Positions 61,701-64,000 of a DNA stretch of 64,000 bases are shown piece after piece (position 1 is the stretch's first letter; each line of letters starts with the position of its first letter). The notes beneath the pieces are model-generated. The model saw only the letters and a list, made by a program, of their open reading frames with translations, did not search any database and was not told the origin of the DNA. The stretch is from Vulcanimicrobiales bacterium. Its GTDB lineage: Bacteria > Vulcanimicrobiota > Vulcanimicrobiia > Vulcanimicrobiales > Vulcanimicrobiaceae. The DNA lies in the NCBI GenBank assembly GCA_038215615.1, contig JBBQQR010000009.1, positions 1 through 64,000 on the forward strand. Direction: 5' to 3'. Made by a program: the position numbers and the translations under genes.

Positions 61701-62254
61701 TCGCTGCGATGGTAACCTAAGCGGTACAACTCACGCAGCGTGCGATCCCAACCCGCTTCGCTGCCGGCGCGCAGCGTAAAGCGCGATTCCATAAACAACG
61801 CGCGGGGCATGACGTACTGACGCAGCGCACCCAGCGGCGCGAGAATGATTCCGGGCTTACCGTCCGCCAGTTCGGCCAACATAGCCATGCGCGCGGAGTG
61901 CTCGGAGGGGCTTTCCAGAACGCCGACGGCTTCGTCGCGCGAACGGAGGAGCGAAACGCTCCGCGCCTCGTCTTCTTCGAGAAAATAGAGCAGGTCGGTA
62001 AACGCGCGTTCGGCGGCGTCGGCGGTCGGCATGGCGACGAAGATTTGGCCGCCGAGGGCTCGATAGAGCGCTGCCAGGAGCGCGGGCCGTGCGGCCGGGA
62101 TCGTTTCGTGGAGCGCGTAGAGTCCGCGCCCTTGGCGCAGGCGCTCGATGACTCCGGTGACGGGCTTGGCGCCCTGGAGGGCGTGGACCAGCCTCCCCGC
62201 GAGCGTCTCCCCGGGGGTTGTCGTCAGGAGAGGCGGCGCACCAATCGTTGTCAT
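58748..62254 (-). CDS. mfd: transcription-repair coupling factor
   Basis: GEYAVRGGIVD, GDYVVH.VHGIG, CGDVGYGKTEV, DEEQRFGV, TLSATPIPRTL, QLRGRVGRS, DLEIRGAGNLLG. Confidence 0.97.
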   Translation of the reverse strand: MTTIGAPPLLTTTPGETLAGRLVHALQGAKPVTGVIERLRQGRGLYALHETIPAARPALLAALYRALGGQIFVAMPTADAAERAFTDLLYFLEEDEARSVSLLRSRDEAVGVLESPSEHSARMAMLAELADGKPGIILAPLGALRQYVMPRALFMESRFTLRAGSEAGWDRTLRELYRLGYHRSDVVSAAGEYAVRGGIVDVFPPTADRPARVEFFGDTVETIRPFELESQRSEGTLPEIEIVPWSEIPRDETLRVRVLERLDAPGNVADAVKSYIETGAEIPPAWLSLAFDERETVLDFLSEHATLVFDEPGMLATLERALDDERSREQSVLLEALASDQLSVRSADVQESLLGEVIAPYPRLRDLSQSFARTRALAFPGAIESAQSLEWLPRVVQSFVLETRPAEHFNRQIEMFTQALRDWTQAGETVTLVTTGAARTTDIVNAASISGIFIGHGSIESGFVIPELRLRVLGDREIYGQPPKRVKIRAVKEGVPVTLADLRVGDYVVHSVHGIGQYLGLRTETILGATQDYLDLAYAGTDRMLVPVTQMHQIAKYSAAEGATPRLSRMGGADWARTKSRVSESLAKIADGLVALYAEREMSRGHAFAPDTPWQAELEEAFPYEETPDQRKAIDESKADMESARPMDRLVCGDVGYGKTEVAIRAAFKAIADKKQVGLLVPTTLLAAQHYRTFASRFAGFPIRIEELSRFKSKKEQREILRELAQGRVDIVIGTHRLLQKDVVFADLGLIVVDEEQRFGVMQKERLKALRASVDVMTLSATPIPRTLHMSLLGVRDLSLIQTAPKNRMSIKTVVVPASDAVVQRAITAELDRGGQIYYLHNRIESIYAVKNALERLVPRARIAVGHGQMSEAEIEPVMQAFIEGNIDVLVATTIIENGIDIPNVNTIVVNDADKFGLAQLYQLRGRVGRSNHQAYAYLLYQAHKSLSQEAKARLEAIREFAHLGSGLQIAMRDLEIRGAGNLLGAAQSGFIASVGFDTYCQLLAEAIAERKGQQAALEERREAVIDVKIDAYVPNDYVPQVSQKIAIYQQLARSRTRAQVEEVAAGVRDRFGPFPKPLENLVEITKLRAIALQKHVTRVIVDEKRLTLGVGSSFALAPSAIARFGKLTGNRYRFGDGKVLVELPALRGGASPESLWMPLLRDLLEAI

Positions 62255-62293
62255 CCTGGGACCAACCCGTGCTCCAACCCGGCTTTCGCGGAG

Positions 62294-62776
62294 ATGGTTT
62301 CTCGCGACTCGAAAGAGGCGGGTCTCTTGCTTTCTGCGCTCGTTCTCGCCGTAGTTGCGTCTTCGCCTTGCACGTTTCGTCCGCAGCTGCAATTAGCTCC
62401 GGCCGTTGTGCGCGTACGCGTCGCCGGCGCGGCGCGTGCGTTTACCGCGAGCGCAAACCTGACGCTGTCGGTTCGTACGATGAAAAAAGCCGCCACAACC
62501 CGCGACGGGGGACTACGCGCGCACGTTGCAGGCTACTATGCGATCGCACAAAGTCTGGCGCAAACATCCGCGCTTCGTGCATTCGGATCGTCGCAAACGC
62601 AGGCGCGCACGCGCTTAGGAAAAGCCGCGGCGGCGCTGGTACGCGACGCGAACGCCGAATACGCGCGCCAAGTTCGCATCTACGATACGGTCACGGAAAA
62701 TGGTAGAGCGCAGGGTCAGGGACCGGCGTATGGTTTTCCGGGAGGCCCGAACGCAAGCGTCTACTGCATGCGATAA
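62294..62776 (+). CDS. hypothetical secreted protein
   Basis: GGAG-ATG, hydrophobic N-terminus, two Cys; no recognised family. Confidence 0.55.
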   Translation: MVSRDSKEAGLLLSALVLAVVASSPCTFRPQLQLAPAVVRVRVAGAARAFTASANLTLSVRTMKKAATTRDGGLRAHVAGYYAIAQSLAQTSALRAFGSSQTQARTRLGKAAAALVRDANAEYARQVRIYDTVTENGRAQGQGPAYGFPGGPNASVYCMR

Positions 62777-63986
62777 AAACACCAGCCGCAATTGCAAATG
62801 GAACGAGCGCGATCGCAACGCTCAGAGACGTGGAAAGATCGGTCATGGCATCGGGAAGATAGCGCAAGACCGAAGCCAGCGTTAACGCCACGATCGCCCA
62901 CGCGGCGGGAGTTTCCCACGCAAAAAGCGCCGCCGGTAAGATCCACAGCGCGTACCATGGGTACGGGTTGGGAATCGCAATCCATAGCGCGAGCGCCAGC
63001 AGCGCGGCGCCGCTGTGGTTGCGCTTCCATAAGAGAATGCATCCGCCGATCGCTAACGCCACGGCAAGTGCGGCGGTAAGCGCGAGCGCCGCGGATCCGC
63101 CAAACGCCGCGTCTAGGACGTACTGCAGGGAGAATTGCGGGAAATAGGTTCCGCGTCCGGCGTTGTGCGAGAGCTGTGCCAGCGCGGGCCACGCGACGAC
63201 TGCCGCCGCGGCGAGTCCCAATAGCGTGCCGGTTAAGACGCGCGAGCGCAAGCGACTCTCTGCGAACATGAACGGAGCGACTGCGGCGGCTAGCAAGCCC
63301 GGCGCTTTTACGAGCGCCGATAACGAAACGACGACGGCACCCGTAAAGTGGCGCCCGCGTGTGATCAAGGCGGATCCCGCTAAAACGATTGCAACAAGGT
63401 AGACATCGTTGTGTCCTTCGGCCGCGGCCCAGATCGCGATCGGATTGAGCGCGATGCCCGCGGCGGCTGCGACGCGCGTGCGTTCGGGAAATGCCGCATG
63501 CGCCAGAGGAGCGCAGAGAACGAGCGCTCCGCAAGCACTGATGCGCAAGGCCCACAGCGGGGCGGCGGGGCCGAAGCCGGCAAAGATCGCGACGGTCGCT
63601 TGCGTGAACCATACGAATGCCGGGCCGTAAACGCAAGCCGGCGGAGGATTTCCCCACTGCCACAGCACCGCATCCATCAGCGGACCGCGCAAAGGAACGG
63701 CCGCATGCGCGTAGGGATCCAACCCGTGCAGCGCCATCAATCCGTACCCGGCGTAGGCGTAAACGTCGCTTGAAAATACGACCGGAAAAAACAACGCAGC
63801 TGTACACGCGAGCGCGCTGCAAATGAGTGTCATGGCGAGCGTAGTCGAACCACCCCGAGCAGCGCCCGGTACGGGCGCAAGCCGAGGGGATGCCAGGACC
63901 GCCACATACCCGACGCTTGCGATCGCGATCGCAACAAACAGCGCAAGCCACATCAGCGACCCGAAATTCCCCCAGTACGTCACCAC
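62691..63986 (-). CDS. GT-C polyprenol-phosphate-sugar-dependent glycosyltransferase (MptA/MptB/GT87-like), 5' end possibly outside the window
   Basis: SSDVYAY..YG, CVYGP.F, NPI...AAEGHND, PWY; polytopic. Confidence 0.75.
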   Translation of the reverse strand: MVTYWGNFGSLMWLALFVAIAIASVGYVAVLASPRLAPVPGAARGGSTTLAMTLICSALACTAALFFPVVFSSDVYAYAGYGLMALHGLDPYAHAAVPLRGPLMDAVLWQWGNPPPACVYGPAFVWFTQATVAIFAGFGPAAPLWALRISACGALVLCAPLAHAAFPERTRVAAAAGIALNPIAIWAAAEGHNDVYLVAIVLAGSALITRGRHFTGAVVVSLSALVKAPGLLAAAVAPFMFAESRLRSRVLTGTLLGLAAAAVVAWPALAQLSHNAGRGTYFPQFSLQYVLDAAFGGSAALALTAALAVALAIGGCILLWKRNHSGAALLALALWIAIPNPYPWYALWILPAALFAWETPAAWAIVALTLASVLRYLPDAMTDLSTSLSVAIALVPFAIAAGVFIACSRRLRSGLPENHTPVPDPALYHFP

Positions 63987-64000
63987 GGCGAGCAGCTGCG

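Overview
Bacterial chromosomal window, GC-rich by eye. The gene set (whiA, sepF, divIVA, csaB, mfd-prsA-mazG) points to a Terrabacteria lineage, possibly Eremiobacterota/Vulcanimicrobiota; that is inference only. Bases ~190-27,500 form a large surface-glycan locus with frequent strand switches. It holds pseB/pseC, a GDP-heptose module (transaldolase, gmhA, hddA, hddC-like), GDP-fucose synthase, WbqC, a PIG-L deacetylase, methyltransferases, GT2/GT4 enzymes, an O-antigen-ligase-like protein, an 1100-aa GT-C-like membrane protein, a long coiled-coil protein and Wzm/Wzt. A ~110-aa module (GWYPLET..TFRW...PGPG...GGG..DxRILNFRVF) recurs at least five times in three of its proteins. The rest is mostly housekeeping: ctpA, tRNA-Val, csaB, ileS, tgt, rluD, lspA, lgt, yggS-sepF-divIVA-leuB, a small flgF/flgG/fliA cluster, gap-pgk-tpiA-gpmI, whiA, MATE, mazG, prsA, mfd. 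The most striking signal is a family of TGTC-tagged REP-like palindromes with covarying stems, tandem G.A pairs and GNA loops. Two copies flank a small GIY-YIG nuclease gene as inverted repeats (35974-36433). Others sit in frame inside ileS, whiA, pgk and rluD, or overlap the starts of tgt and mazG. This is a candidate GIY-YIG-associated REP system that writes short peptides into essential proteins. All functional calls come from motif recognition by eye; no database searches were run.
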